From: Pelagibacteraceae bacterium AG-349-L23
Lineage (GTDB): Bacteria > Pseudomonadota > Alphaproteobacteria > Pelagibacterales > Pelagibacteraceae
Length of the DNA stretch: 64,000 nucleotides
NCBI GenBank assembly: GCA_003281045.1
Contig: QCDD01000001.1
Location: 62,208-126,207 of the forward strand
Reading direction: 5' to 3'
The translations under genes and the position numbers were made by a program. The notes beneath the pieces were generated by a model. That model ran no database searches and was not told where the DNA came from. It saw only the letters and a program-made list of their open reading frames with translations. Of this stretch, positions 7,976 to 18,865 are shown piece by piece (position 1 is the first letter of the stretch; each line of letters opens with the position of its first letter).

Positions 7976-9022
7976 ATGTCAATAAAAAATTTGGGTATAA
8001 TTGGTGGTGGTCAACTAGGAAGCTTACTTGCTGTTGCAGCTAAGAAGTTGAATATCAATACAATAATCTATTGTGATGATGCAGATGCTCCAGCACAAAA
8101 TTTTTGCAACAAGTTTATTTATGGTAAATATGATGACAAAACCAAAATGCAAGAGTTCATAAAAGAAATTGATATAATTACCTATGAGTTCGAAAATATA
8201 CCTTATGAAACTCTAAATGAAATGAACAGGCTAAAACCAGTTTTACCAAAGCCATCCGTGAATAGATTAATTCAACATCGGATTGCAGAAAAAGATTTTG
8301 TAAACAAACTCAATATTAGAACTACTAGATACGCATCAATAGAAAGTAAATCTGATATGGAGCCATTAAGAGATTTCTTACCTGGGATTTTAAAAACTAC
8401 TACAATGGGCTATGATGGTAAGGGCCAATACCCGATTAAAAAAATTGAAGACATAAATAACCTTAATATTGATTTTTCAAAGGGATATATACTGGAAAAA
8501 TTAGTAAAACTTAAAAAAGAGATATCTGTCATTATTACCAGATTTGGGAACAATAGTTATGAAATATATGAGCCGATAGAAAATACTCATGAAGATCAGA
8601 TATTGAAACATTCAATAATACCAGCTGAAATCAGTAAAAAAATATTTGATGAATCTAAAGATTGGTCAATCCGGATCGCAGAAGAATTAAAATATATAGG
8701 AACACTTTGTGTCGAATTTTTTATTGATAGAAATGAGAATCTATATGTTAACGAAATAGCCCCTCGAGTTCATAACTCTGGTCATCTCACAATTAATGCT
8801 TTTAATATTAGTCAATTTGAAAATCATGTTAGAGCAGTCTGTTCATTAGAAAAAATTCCACTCAAAAAAATATCCAATGCAAAAATGGTGAACCTAATAG
8901 GAAATCAAATCAAACCATATAGAGAAAACTTTAAATTAAATGAAAATGAATTTTTCTTTGATTATAAAAAAAAAGAGATAAAAGATAAAAGAAAAATGGG
9001 CCACATAACAACTTTAACATAA
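7976..9022 (+). CDS. purK: N5-CAIR synthetase (ATP-grasp)
   Basis: GGGQLG, TYEFEN, GYDGKGQ, NEIAPRVHNSGH, RKMGH; follows purE. Confidence 0.97.
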   Translation: MSIKNLGIIGGGQLGSLLAVAAKKLNINTIIYCDDADAPAQNFCNKFIYGKYDDKTKMQEFIKEIDIITYEFENIPYETLNEMNRLKPVLPKPSVNRLIQHRIAEKDFVNKLNIRTTRYASIESKSDMEPLRDFLPGILKTTTMGYDGKGQYPIKKIEDINNLNIDFSKGYILEKLVKLKKEISVIITRFGNNSYEIYEPIENTHEDQILKHSIIPAEISKKIFDESKDWSIRIAEELKYIGTLCVEFFIDRNENLYVNEIAPRVHNSGHLTINAFNISQFENHVRAVCSLEKIPLKKISNAKMVNLIGNQIKPYRENFKLNENEFFFDYKKKEIKDKRKMGHITTLT

Positions 9023-9490
9023 ATGCTTAAATCTATTGAGGGAAATTTTGATAACCCAGAGGTCAATAAACTTCTGACAAAACATTTTATAGAACTAAGA
9101 GCAGCATCACCCGAGGGTAGTGCTCATGTTCTAGATATTCCGGGTTTAAAAGTTTCATCAATCAAATTCTGGAGCCTTTGGGAAAATGATAAAATATTTG
9201 GTTGTGGGGCATTAAAGTTCTTAGGCAAAGATCATGGTGAATTTAAATCAATTAGAATACATGATGATTTTAGAAATCAAGGTAATGGTATTAAAGTCAT
9301 CAAACATCTCATAGATGAAGCTAAGAAATTAAAAATTAAAAGAATTAGTTTAGAGACTGGTGCTGGGAAATTTTTTGATCCAGCAAGAAAATTATTTAAA
9401 AAATGTGATTTTACACCTTGCAAACCCTTTGCCCATTATAAAGAAGATGTTAATTCTATCTATTTAACTAAGCTAATTGACCACGAATGA
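9023..9490 (+). CDS. GNAT N-acetyltransferase (YsnE/YedL-like)
   Basis: GCGALK, GEFKSIR, RNQGNG acetyl-CoA motif, SLETG. Confidence 0.85.
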   Translation: MLKSIEGNFDNPEVNKLLTKHFIELRAASPEGSAHVLDIPGLKVSSIKFWSLWENDKIFGCGALKFLGKDHGEFKSIRIHDDFRNQGNGIKVIKHLIDEAKKLKIKRISLETGAGKFFDPARKLFKKCDFTPCKPFAHYKEDVNSIYLTKLIDHE

Positions 9491-9609
9491 TAAAAAAAAG
9501 TCTAATTGTGCACTAAATTTGTTGACAAAACCCTAATATTTATAAACAAAGCCAACATTACTTAATTATAAGTAATAAATTAATATAACAATAAGTAAGA
9601 AGAAAAAAT

Positions 9610-9816
9610 ATGAGTCTACAAGGAAAAGTAAAATGGTTCAATCCAACTAAAGGTTTTGGTTTTATTGAACGTGACGACAAAGAAAAAGATGTGTTTGTAC
9701 ATGTTTCAGCTGTAAGAGATGCTGGTATGAACGGTTTAGATGAGGGTCAAGCTTTGACTTTCGATGTTGAAGATGGTCCAAAAGGTCCTTCAGCAGTTAA
9801 CTTAAAAACTGCATAA
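9610..9816 (+). CDS. cspA: Cold-shock RNA-binding protein
   Basis: GKVKWFN, KGFGFI (RNP1), VFVHVS (RNP2). Confidence 0.95.
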   Translation: MSLQGKVKWFNPTKGFGFIERDDKEKDVFVHVSAVRDAGMNGLDEGQALTFDVEDGPKGPSAVNLKTA

Positions 9817-9831
9817 TTTTCACATAAATTA

Positions 9832-9889
9832 ATTGGCTATAAATTTAATTAATTTTTTAATTAAGAATTAATTTATTTTTATAGCCAAT
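9832..9889 (+). terminator. Long AT-rich inverted repeat after the csp gene
   Basis: ATTGGCTATAAA (9832-9843) pairs with TTTATAGCCAAT (9878-9889); inner AATTAATT segments also pair. Confidence 0.5.
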
Positions 9890-9924
9890 GAACTATTCTA
9901 CAAACAAAATTTAGAAAATAATTT

Positions 9925-10674
9925 ATGATTGGCATTTTAGGTGGAATGGGTACCCAGGCAGGTTTAGATTTTTGTAATAAGCTGGCAATTTTATATAGAG
10001 GTAAGATCGATCAAGATTACCCTTTGTTTATGCTTTATAACAAATCAAATATTCCTGGTAGACCTGAGTCGATTGGTATCCATACCGGTAAACTATCAAA
10101 TAAAATAAGTAATAAAAAAACTAAACAAAAATATTTATCTGTTTTAAAAAGTTTAATTTATGGTTGTAATCTTTTAAAAAAAAGTAATTGTAAATTTATA
10201 GTCATACCCTGTAACACAGCTCATTATTGGTATGATGACTTAAAAAAACGAATTAACTTACCGATAGTAAATATGCCTAAGGAAGTTTTTTTACATGCTA
10301 AAAAAAAATGTAGAAAAAATTCCTCAATTGGATTGCTTGCTACAGAAGGAACTTTAAAAACAGGTGTTTATAATAAGTTTTTTGATAAAGATTATAATTT
10401 AGTGTTTCCAAATAATTCTATTCAAAGTAAATCCGTAAACAAAGCTATCAGGCTTGTAAAAATGGGAAAAGTGAAACTAGCGAGCAAAGCTATAAAACCA
10501 GCAATTAATTATTTGATCAAAAAAAAATGTAAAAAAATTATTCTTGGTTGCACGGAGCTCCCTATCGCTATTTTTGCCTATAAACCATTTAAGACAATTA
10601 AATCATCAAAAATATTTTTAGACCCAAATTTGATTTTAGCTAACGCTGCTATGAGGAAATATCAAAATAGATAA
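9925..10674 (+). CDS. Aspartate/glutamate racemase family protein
   Basis: IGILGGMG; both catalytic cysteines present (PCNTAH, LGCTEL). Confidence 0.9.
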   Translation: MIGILGGMGTQAGLDFCNKLAILYRGKIDQDYPLFMLYNKSNIPGRPESIGIHTGKLSNKISNKKTKQKYLSVLKSLIYGCNLLKKSNCKFIVIPCNTAHYWYDDLKKRINLPIVNMPKEVFLHAKKKCRKNSSIGLLATEGTLKTGVYNKFFDKDYNLVFPNNSIQSKSVNKAIRLVKMGKVKLASKAIKPAINYLIKKKCKKIILGCTELPIAIFAYKPFKTIKSSKIFLDPNLILANAAMRKYQNR

Positions 10675-11084
10675 TGCCATCAAAAGAAAAGCCTTATGTG
10701 TTACTGGTTGCAGAAGCAATTTACTCAAAAGTTTGTGAGATTAAGAAAAAAAATCCTGAGCTGACAACAATCAACGCAATTGAAAACTTTATTGGAACAA
10801 CAACCTACAATGATATAAGTAGTGGAAAATTCCATGATGAATTAATTGAAAAGGTATCAAAAAAGAAGGTGCCTGAAGAAACTCTAAGATTACTTCATAT
10901 TCAAAAAGATTTATCAGTTAAGCAGCTAATTCAATATCCTGAATTATATTATGCAAAGAGCCATTATCCTCTTGAAATTTCTCAAAGAGCTTTCGATCAT
11001 TTATGGAGAATGTGTGAAAGTTATGAATTATGGTGTAAAGAGACAAAACAAAACAAATTAATAATACTTAATATTGTAGATTAA
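10674..11084 (+). CDS. Hypothetical protein
   Basis: 136-aa ORF coupled to the racemase stop (TAATG). Confidence 0.7.
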   Translation: MPSKEKPYVLLVAEAIYSKVCEIKKKNPELTTINAIENFIGTTTYNDISSGKFHDELIEKVSKKKVPEETLRLLHIQKDLSVKQLIQYPELYYAKSHYPLEISQRAFDHLWRMCESYELWCKETKQNKLIILNIVD

Positions 11085-11103
11085 ATAATTTATAAGACCT
11101 GGA

Positions 11104-11952
11104 ATGGTCAGAATATTTCCACTCATATTTGTTTTACTTTGGTCTTCTGCCTTTATCACAACAAAACCAATTATTGACAATAGCGATCCTTTTGCAGCAC
11201 TAGCCTTCAGATTTTTTTTTGTCGCTGTGGGTTTTTTATTGTTTTCCATTTACCTTAAACAATCAATATTGATTAAAAAAAGATATCTGATTGAGTCAAT
11301 GTTCAGTGGTATCTTGTTTCATGGTTTATATCTAGGAGGAGTTTTTTATTCAATTTCAATTGGGATGCCAACAAGTTTAGCTGCTCTAATCGTAACACTT
11401 CAACCAATTTTAACAAATATTTTGAGCGGACCGCTTTTAAATGAGAAAGTTACATTACAGCAATGGGTAGGTGTTTTATTGGGATTTGTTGGTGCTTCTT
11501 TAGTATTAGGAATAGATGTTGGCTCAGGTATTCCTCTGCTAGGTTTGATTGCAACTTTAATTGCATTGTTATCTATAACCCTTTCTACCATTTGGCAGAA
11601 AAAATTGAGTAACAACTTACCATTATCTGTTAGTAATTTTTATCAAGCATTGGGTGGTTGTTTATTTCATGTATTAATAATTATTTTTTTTATAGAGCCC
11701 TACATCTATTTCTCAAAAACATTTATAATAGCAATGAGTCATCAAATTTTTCTTGTTTCCTTTGGTGCATTTACAATACTGATGTTTTTAATAAAAAAAA
11801 ATTCAGCTAGCAAAACAGTTTCTGTTTTTTTTCTAATACCAGCAACCTCTGCAATTATGGCTTGGCTTTTTTTAAATGAAACTTTAACAAATATTGATGT
11901 TGTTGGCTTTTTAATAGCGTCGGTGGGTGTTTATATTGCAACAAGAAATTAA
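11104..11952 (+). CDS. DMT/EamA family transporter
   Basis: About ten hydrophobic helices, LWSSAF start, two EamA halves with LxE motifs. Confidence 0.9.
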   Translation: MVRIFPLIFVLLWSSAFITTKPIIDNSDPFAALAFRFFFVAVGFLLFSIYLKQSILIKKRYLIESMFSGILFHGLYLGGVFYSISIGMPTSLAALIVTLQPILTNILSGPLLNEKVTLQQWVGVLLGFVGASLVLGIDVGSGIPLLGLIATLIALLSITLSTIWQKKLSNNLPLSVSNFYQALGGCLFHVLIIIFFIEPYIYFSKTFIIAMSHQIFLVSFGAFTILMFLIKKNSASKTVSVFFLIPATSAIMAWLFLNETLTNIDVVGFLIASVGVYIATRN

Positions 11953-11955
11953 TAA

Positions 11956-12540
11956 CTAATTACTTTGATAACCAAATTCTAATGAGCTATCTGTTATTGA
12001 ATGATACAAAGACTCTCCAAAGCTTCTTAATCCAAAAATTCTTACTTTTTTTGGATTGTTAGAAATAAAATCAATCGTAATTGATATTCCGTTATAAATC
12101 GAATTGGTGCAATCACCCTCATTAAATTTATCAATATTTATAGGACATCCTTTTTTTAAAACTTCATTAACAAGATCACCTTGAATTTCAATTATTGTTC
12201 TTGAATGTGATAAATCTGTGATTGCAAAATTACTTTCATCAAATTGTTTTCCATCTTTTAAAAGTAAATCTGTTTTAGAAGATATAACTATCCAATTCTT
12301 TGGTCCCATCCATAAAATTCTAGTATCTGAATTTGAAGAAGATTTTAAAGTCAAAGGTAATTTTAGGTTATCAATTTTTATATTTGAAATATCTGAACTT
12401 GAATTTTTATATTGAACTATTTGGAATATTAAAACATTCTTCAATTCTGAAATCTTTAATAAGTCTTTTTCATTTTTATTTTCAAAATCACCAAATTTTC
12501 CATTTTGATGCACATTACTTAAAGAAGAAATTTGCTTCAC
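11956..12540 (-). CDS. soxG: Sarcosine oxidase gamma subunit family (MgdD-like)
   Basis: LWMGPKNW, TDLSHSR, RSFGESL; last gene of soxBDAG. Confidence 0.88.
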   Translation of the reverse strand: MKQISSLSNVHQNGKFGDFENKNEKDLLKISELKNVLIFQIVQYKNSSSDISNIKIDNLKLPLTLKSSSNSDTRILWMGPKNWIVISSKTDLLLKDGKQFDESNFAITDLSHSRTIIEIQGDLVNEVLKKGCPINIDKFNEGDCTNSIYNGISITIDFISNNPKKVRIFGLRSFGESLYHSITDSSLEFGYQSN

Positions 12541-15533
12541 GATCTTACTCTCTTTCCTTCATGGTCTACATAATGTGAGGACATAACTTCAACCTCAATA
12601 GAAGTGTTTTTAAGTGGAGAGACTGCGAAAAGCTTTTTTCCTATCATATTTTTTCCATCTTTTAATATTGCAAGAGAAAAAGGATTATTGTTCTCAACAC
12701 TCCAACAAGATGAAGAAACGTGACCAAGTTTAGGATTTGGAAGTTTTGCATTTTTATTTTCTACTAAATGAGATCCCTCTGGAATACTCGATTTCCTATC
12801 CAATGGGACTAAACCAACAATTTTTTGTCTATCCGCTTTATTAAATGCTTCTTTAGCTAAAGATCTCTTTCCAATAAAATCTTTTTTCTTTGATACTAAA
12901 CCTTCTAACGAAACATCATAAGGAATGGTTCTTCCATCAAGTTCTGGTCCAGCTACATGGCCCATTTCTATTCTTAGTGTCGATAATGCTTCTGTACCAT
13001 AAGGTTGGATATTAAATTCTTCACCAATATCAATTATTTTTTCCCACATAAATAATCCAAAATCAGACTCAACGTTTATTTCGTAAGCAAGTTCACCTGA
13101 AAAAGAAATTCTAAAAATTCTTGCTTTGACACCAAATAAGTCTCCCTCTACATATCCCATAAAAGGAAGTGCCTCGTTGCTAACATCTATTTTAGGAAAA
13201 AGCTTTGCTAACAAATCTCTTGATTTAGGTCCTGCAATCGCCGCACCAGCCCATTGTTCGGTTGTTGAAACGACATTAACATTTAATTCTGGCCAAACAA
13301 TTTGCAGGTAATATTCCAAATGCGATAATACGTTTGCAGCCTGTGCTGTAGTGGTTGTCATATGATAATGATTTTCTGAAATTCTGGTTGTTGTCCCATC
13401 ATCCATGACAATTCCATCTTCCCTAAGCATAACTCCGTATCGAGCTTTACCTATTGGAAGTTTTAACCAAGCATTAGTATAAACTCTATTTAAAAACTCT
13501 GCAGCATCTGGACCTTTAATATCAATTTTCCCTAAAGTTGTTACATCACAAACGCCCACGTGATCTCTAACGTTTTTTGCTTCTCTTTTTGATGCCTCAA
13601 ATAAATTTTCATTTCCTCTTTTGTAATACCTTGGTCTTTTCCAAGCACCAGCATCTACCCAGACTGCATTATTTTTTTCATGCCAATGGTGCATTGGTGT
13701 TTTTCTTGTAGGCATATATTCTTTGCCTATCTCCCTTCCAACTATTGTACCGATGGTAACTGGTGTAAAAGGCGGTCTAAAAGTAGTGTGACCTACTTGA
13801 GGAACAATTTTTTTTTCAACATTTGCAACTAATTGTAATCCATTTAAATTACTTGTCCTTCCTTGATCCGTTGCCATTCCTAAAGTTGTATATCTCTTAA
13901 CATGTTCAATTGATCTATAGCCTTCTCTTAAAGCAACCTCTATATCAGAAACTGCTACGTCATTTTGGAAATCTACAAATCGTTTATAATTTTTACCTTT
14001 AGGGAGTGGAGAACACCAAAATTTATCATGAGCACTATATTTTCGTTCATTAGTATTGGGAATTTGTATTTTTTCATCTTTTTTAGTTATGCTTTTAGAA
14101 ACTTCTGACCCAGTATTAAAACTGTTTTTTAAGGTATCTTGTAATGTAAATGTTCCATTAGCAGCACCTAAAGAATGTTCATTTTGTTTTGATTTATCAG
14201 GTACAAAAGCATCTATTGTATCGTTAAATTTCAGTTTATTACCTGATTGAGATGCTAAATGAACAGTTGGTGTCCAAAATCCAGATACACAAATAGAGTC
14301 ACAATCTATTTGTTCTGTATTTTCAAAATCTATCTTCTCTTTATTTAATTTCCCAATTGTTGCTGATTTTACTTTTTTATATCCATGAGCAACTATCACT
14401 GCATAAGAAAACTTTATCTTTATATCTAAATCTTTAGCTTCATTAATTAACTCAGATTTTTGATCCTCTCTAGTATCTAAAACTATTGGATTGACACCAT
14501 TCTTTTTAAACTCAATAGCTGTTTCATAGCCGCTATCGTTATTAGTGAAAATAATTGGTTTTTTACCAATTAGAACACCATAAACTTTCATGTATTCTTT
14601 TGCAGCAGCTGAGAGAAAAACTCCCGGTGTATCATTATTTCCAAAAACAATTGGTCTTTCAATAGATCCTGTTGATAGCAATACTTCTTTTGCTCTTATA
14701 TACCAAAGTCTTTGTCTTGGTGTGTACTTAGGTTTTTTTTCTAAATGATCTCCTGTTCTTTCAAACATCACCATCATATTATGATCATAGTATCCAAAAA
14801 CTTGAGATCTATTTTTAACAATAACATTAGGCATCTCTTTTAATTCAGATATAATTTTTTCTGACCAATCTTTTCCAGATAAATTATCAATCGTAACGTC
14901 ATCTGTTAAAAGCGTCCCTCCATATCTAGGTTTATCCTCTGCTAATATTACTTTTGCTCCATTTTTGGCCGCTGCATAAGCACTTGCTAAACCAGCGGGT
15001 CCAGAGCCAGTAACTAATAAATCACAATATTCATATTTATGCTCATATCTCTCTTTATCTTTTTCTAGAGAAGCAATTCCTAACCCTGCTGCTTTTCGTA
15101 TAAAAGGCTCATAAACTCTATACCAAAAACTTTTAGGCCACATGAAAGTTTTGTAATAAAAACCAGCTGGAAAAAAACGATTTAAGAAATTATTTATTGC
15201 ACCAATATCAAAATTTACTGATGGCCAACAATTTTGACTAGATGCTGATAAACCATTTACTAGTTCTATCTCAGTTGCGTTAATATTTGGTTCTGAACAA
15301 CCATTAATCTCAACTTGCATTTTTGCATTTGGTTCATCAACTCCTGCACCAAAAAACCCTCTTGGACGATGATATTTAAAACTTCGTCCAATTAAATGTA
15401 TGCCATTGGCAAGTAGTGCTGAAGCCAGCGTATCACCCTCATACCCAATATATTTTTTTCCATTAAATTTAAATTCAATAGGTTTATCTCTATTGATTAA
15501 GCCACCAGTATTTAGTCTAAAATTTTGTGACAT
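12537..15533 (-). CDS. soxA: Sarcosine oxidase alpha subunit family (MgdC-like)
   Basis: GDTLASALLANG, RSFKYHRPRG, GSGPAG, DFQNDV, KRYTTLGMATDQG and C-terminal GcvT domain; ATG at 15533. Confidence 0.95.
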   Translation of the reverse strand: MSQNFRLNTGGLINRDKPIEFKFNGKKYIGYEGDTLASALLANGIHLIGRSFKYHRPRGFFGAGVDEPNAKMQVEINGCSEPNINATEIELVNGLSASSQNCWPSVNFDIGAINNFLNRFFPAGFYYKTFMWPKSFWYRVYEPFIRKAAGLGIASLEKDKERYEHKYEYCDLLVTGSGPAGLASAYAAAKNGAKVILAEDKPRYGGTLLTDDVTIDNLSGKDWSEKIISELKEMPNVIVKNRSQVFGYYDHNMMVMFERTGDHLEKKPKYTPRQRLWYIRAKEVLLSTGSIERPIVFGNNDTPGVFLSAAAKEYMKVYGVLIGKKPIIFTNNDSGYETAIEFKKNGVNPIVLDTREDQKSELINEAKDLDIKIKFSYAVIVAHGYKKVKSATIGKLNKEKIDFENTEQIDCDSICVSGFWTPTVHLASQSGNKLKFNDTIDAFVPDKSKQNEHSLGAANGTFTLQDTLKNSFNTGSEVSKSITKKDEKIQIPNTNERKYSAHDKFWCSPLPKGKNYKRFVDFQNDVAVSDIEVALREGYRSIEHVKRYTTLGMATDQGRTSNLNGLQLVANVEKKIVPQVGHTTFRPPFTPVTIGTIVGREIGKEYMPTRKTPMHHWHEKNNAVWVDAGAWKRPRYYKRGNENLFEASKREAKNVRDHVGVCDVTTLGKIDIKGPDAAEFLNRVYTNAWLKLPIGKARYGVMLREDGIVMDDGTTTRISENHYHMTTTTAQAANVLSHLEYYLQIVWPELNVNVVSTTEQWAGAAIAGPKSRDLLAKLFPKIDVSNEALPFMGYVEGDLFGVKARIFRISFSGELAYEINVESDFGLFMWEKIIDIGEEFNIQPYGTEALSTLRIEMGHVAGPELDGRTIPYDVSLEGLVSKKKDFIGKRSLAKEAFNKADRQKIVGLVPLDRKSSIPEGSHLVENKNAKLPNPKLGHVSSSCWSVENNNPFSLAILKDGKNMIGKKLFAVSPLKNTSIEVEVMSSHYVDHEGKRVRS

Positions 15534-15538
15534 CAAAA

Positions 15539-15799
15539 TTATTCCTCTGGTTTAAAAGTTCTAAAAATTTCGTGAGTAGTTGTATCTCTCTCAACTTTAA
15601 ACCATTGTCTGCATCCAGCAATATGATGCCACAATTCAATATGTTTTCCTCTCGGACTTTTTCTTAGATAAACAAAATTATCCCACTCTTCATCACTTAT
15701 TTCTTGATTAAGTTTTGGTCTAGTAATTGTTCCATCACCTCCGTAGGCAAATTCTTTTTGAGACCTGTCCCCACAGTAAGGACACTTAATATTTAACAT
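15539..15799 (-). CDS. soxD: Sarcosine oxidase delta subunit family (MgdB-like)
   Basis: CPYCG...EFAYGG...WHHIAGCRQWF zinc ligands. Confidence 0.95.
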   Translation of the reverse strand: MLNIKCPYCGDRSQKEFAYGGDGTITRPKLNQEISDEEWDNFVYLRKSPRGKHIELWHHIAGCRQWFKVERDTTTHEIFRTFKPEE

Positions 15800-17056
15800 T
15801 TATGAAATCCAAGTTTTTGTTCCAAGGCCCTTCTCATCTAACAAGTAACCCTTAGAAAATCTATTTAGACTAAATCCTTCATTTAATTCATGAACTCTAT
15901 CTTGCGCAATTGTATGAGCAAATGTCCAACCAGAAGATGGAACCGATTTGAAGCCCCCATAACACCAACCACAATTTAAATATAATCCATCGATATGAGT
16001 TTTATCAATAATTGGTGAGCCATCCATTGACATATCCATAATCCCTCCCCAAGTCCTTAACATTTTCAAACGACTTAAGAATGGAAATAAAGCAACACCT
16101 CCGGTTAAGACATGTTGTATCGTTGGAAGATTGCCTTTTTGTGCATAACTATTATATCCATCAAGATCCCCTCCCATTACCATCTCACCTTTATCTGATT
16201 GACTAATATAAAAATGTCCAGCACCAAAGGTTACCACTCCATCTAAAACTGGTTTCACTGGCTCAGAAACACAAGCTTGTAATAAATGAGTTTCTATAGG
16301 GAGCGTCATATTTAGTTTTTCTGCCAAAACATTTGTACTGCCAGCTACACACAATCCAATTTTTTTTGATTTAATATCTCCTCTAGATGTTCTCAAACCT
16401 GTTATTTTTCCTGCCTCAATATCAAAGCCTGTTACCTCACAATTTTGAATTATATCGACACCCATTGAGTCAGCTTGTCTAGCATAACCCCACGCAACCG
16501 CATCATGTCTTGCTGTACCTGCACTTGGTTGAGCTAAGCCTCCAAAAATTGGATACCTAACATCATCAGAAAAATCTGCCATAGGTATAATCTTTTTTAC
16601 TTCTTCCCTATTTAGTAAAACAGCATCAATTCCATTTAATCTCATAGAGTTTCCTCTACGAGCATAAGCATTCATTTGTGCATCTGAATGAGCTAAATTT
16701 ATTATTCCTCTCGGTGAAAACATGACATTAAAATTTAATTCTTGACTCATGTTTCTCCACAAGTTCATTCCAAATTCATTGAACCTAGCATTATCATCAT
16801 ACATAAAATTTGATCTGATAATTGTGGTGTTTCTTCCTATATTTCCTCCACCAATCCATCCTTTTTCAATAACAGCCACATTAGTAATTTGATGTTCTTT
16901 AGCTAAATAGTAGGCAGTAGCTAACCCGTGGCCACCACCACCAATAATTACAACATCATATTCTTTTTTAGGTGTAGGATCTTTCCATGCCAAATCCCAT
17001 TTTTCATGATTAGAAAAAGCATTCTTGATTAAGCTAAATACTGAATATTTTTGCAT
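15800..17056 (-). CDS. soxB: Sarcosine oxidase beta subunit family (MgdA-like; probable N-methylglutamate dehydrogenase in this context)
   Basis: GGGGHGLATAYYLA, GRNTTIIRSN, ARHDAVAWGYAR, GWCYGGFK. Confidence 0.95.
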   Translation of the reverse strand: MQKYSVFSLIKNAFSNHEKWDLAWKDPTPKKEYDVVIIGGGGHGLATAYYLAKEHQITNVAVIEKGWIGGGNIGRNTTIIRSNFMYDDNARFNEFGMNLWRNMSQELNFNVMFSPRGIINLAHSDAQMNAYARRGNSMRLNGIDAVLLNREEVKKIIPMADFSDDVRYPIFGGLAQPSAGTARHDAVAWGYARQADSMGVDIIQNCEVTGFDIEAGKITGLRTSRGDIKSKKIGLCVAGSTNVLAEKLNMTLPIETHLLQACVSEPVKPVLDGVVTFGAGHFYISQSDKGEMVMGGDLDGYNSYAQKGNLPTIQHVLTGGVALFPFLSRLKMLRTWGGIMDMSMDGSPIIDKTHIDGLYLNCGWCYGGFKSVPSSGWTFAHTIAQDRVHELNEGFSLNRFSKGYLLDEKGLGTKTWIS

Positions 17057-17179
17057 GATTAAATTTTATAATAATGAATATAAATAGTTCCTATTTTTTT
17101 TATATATAATTTTTAGATATTTCCAAAGCTCTTAAAAAGAGATACTAATCGAGCAGTTTTTGTATATTTAAAGAATTTT

Positions 17180-18865
17180 ATGAGTGAAATAAAATCGGAC
17201 ATTCAAATTGCAAGAGAAGCTAAAATGCAACCAATCAAAGACATTTTAGCGAAAATAAATGTTCCTGATGAAAGTTCTGCCTTCAGCCCCATGGGACGTC
17301 ACATTGCAAAAATAAATTTAGAATATCTTGATAGCCTCAAGGGTAAAAAAGAGGGAAAATTAATTTTAGTGACTGCCATAACTCCTACACCAGCAGGGGA
17401 AGGAAAGACCACAACTTCTGTAGGTCTCAATGATGGTCTTAATAAAATCGGAAAAAAATCTATCGTCTGTTTAAGAGAACCAAGTTTAGGTCCATCTTTT
17501 GGAATGAAAGGTGGAGCTGCTGGTGGTGGCTATGCTCAAGTTGTTCCTATGGAACAAATTAATCTTCATTTCACAGGTGACTTTCATGCAATTACATCTG
17601 CACATAATCTTTTATCTGCATTGATAGACAATCATATCTATTGGGGAAATAAACTTAATATAGATGTAAGAAGAATTGTTTGGAAAAGAGTTTTAGATAT
17701 GAATGATAGAGCATTAAGATCAATTAATATTAATCTTGGTGGTGTCGCTAATGGATTCCCAAGAGAGGATGGTTTTGATATTACAGTTGCTTCAGAAATA
17801 ATGGCTATCTTTTGCTTGGCTAATAATTTGGAAGATTTAGAAAATAGAATTGGAAATATTACTGTTGCTTACACAAGAGAGAAAAAACCAATATATGCTA
17901 AAGATTTAAAAGCACAGGGACCTATGACTGTTTTGTTGAAAGAAGCTATAAGACCAAACATAACTCAAACATTAGAAAATAATCCTGCAATAATTCACGG
18001 CGGGCCTTTTGCTAATATTGCTCATGGTTGTAATTCTGTAATCGCAACTAAAGCCGGACTTAAATTAGCTGACTATGTAGTAACTGAAGCTGGGTTTGGT
18101 GCAGATCTTGGTGCTGAAAAATTTCTAGATATTAAATGTAGAAAATCCAATTTAAAACCAAGTTGTGTAGTTATCGTTGCTACAATTAGAGCATTAAAAA
18201 TGCATGGTGGTATAGCCAAAGATGATCTTAAAAATGAAAACGTTGAAGCACTAAAAAAAGGTTTGGTCAACCTTGAAAGGCATGTTGAAAATGTAAAAAA
18301 ATTTGGTCTTCCTGTAGCGATAGCTGTAAATCATTTTATAAAAGATACTGACAATGAGGTAAAGGCTTTGGTTGATTTTTGTAATAAATTAGGAATAAAG
18401 GCGAGTCTTTGTACCCACTGGGCAAATGGAGGAGAGGGTGCAAAAGAATTAGCTTCGCATGTTGCTGATTTATGTGAAAAAAATGAAAATAAATTTAAAT
18501 TTTTATACGAAAGTAAAACACCATTGTTTAAAAAAATTGAGACAATTGCAAAAGAAATTTACAGAGCCGATGAAGTTATTGCTGATACAAAAATTAGGGA
18601 TCAACTTAAAAGCTTTGAAGAAGCGGGATATGGAGAATTGCCAATTTGTGTAGCTAAAACTCAGTACAGTTTTTCAACTGATCCTAATCTCAAAGGTGCA
18701 CCTACAGGTCACTCATTACCAATTAGAGAAATAAGGCTTTCCTCTGGAGCTGAATTTATAGTTGTTGTCTGTGGAGCAATAATGACAATGCCTGGATTAC
18801 CAAGGGTACCAGCAGCAGACTCTATTAAACTTAATAAAAAAGGTGAAATCGAAGGGTTATTTTAA
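17180..18865 (+). CDS. fhs: Formate--tetrahydrofolate ligase
   Basis: [38 protein letters not shown]. Confidence 0.97.
   Translation: MSEIKSDIQIAREAKMQPIKDILAKINVPDESSAFSPMGRHIAKINLEYLDSLKGKKEGKLILVTAITPTPAGEGKTTTSVGLNDGLNKIGKKSIVCLREPSLGPSFGMKGGAAGGGYAQVVPMEQINLHFTGDFHAITSAHNLLSALIDNHIYWGNKLNIDVRRIVWKRVLDMNDRALRSININLGGVANGFPREDGFDITVASEIMAIFCLANNLEDLENRIGNITVAYTREKKPIYAKDLKAQGPMTVLLKEAIRPNITQTLENNPAIIHGGPFANIAHGCNSVIATKAGLKLADYVVTEAGFGADLGAEKFLDIKCRKSNLKPSCVVIVATIRALKMHGGIAKDDLKNENVEALKKGLVNLERHVENVKKFGLPVAIAVNHFIKDTDNEVKALVDFCNKLGIKASLCTHWANGGEGAKELASHVADLCEKNENKFKFLYESKTPLFKKIETIAKEIYRADEVIADTKIRDQLKSFEEAGYGELPICVAKTQYSFSTDPNLKGAPTGHSLPIREIRLSSGAEFIVVVCGAIMTMPGLPRVPAADSIKLNKKGEIEGLF

Noticed and set aside
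9522-9550. TTGACA promoter for the csp gene
   Set aside because: No acceptable -10 hexamer at 16-18 nt spacing, so it was not called
17057-17179. Possible riboswitch (THF, glycine, SAM-V) in the soxB-fhs gap or upstream of metF, tmm or tdm
   Set aside because: Gaps are short, very AT-rich and show no recognisable aptamer motifs by eye; an Rfam/Infernal scan would be needed to exclude one
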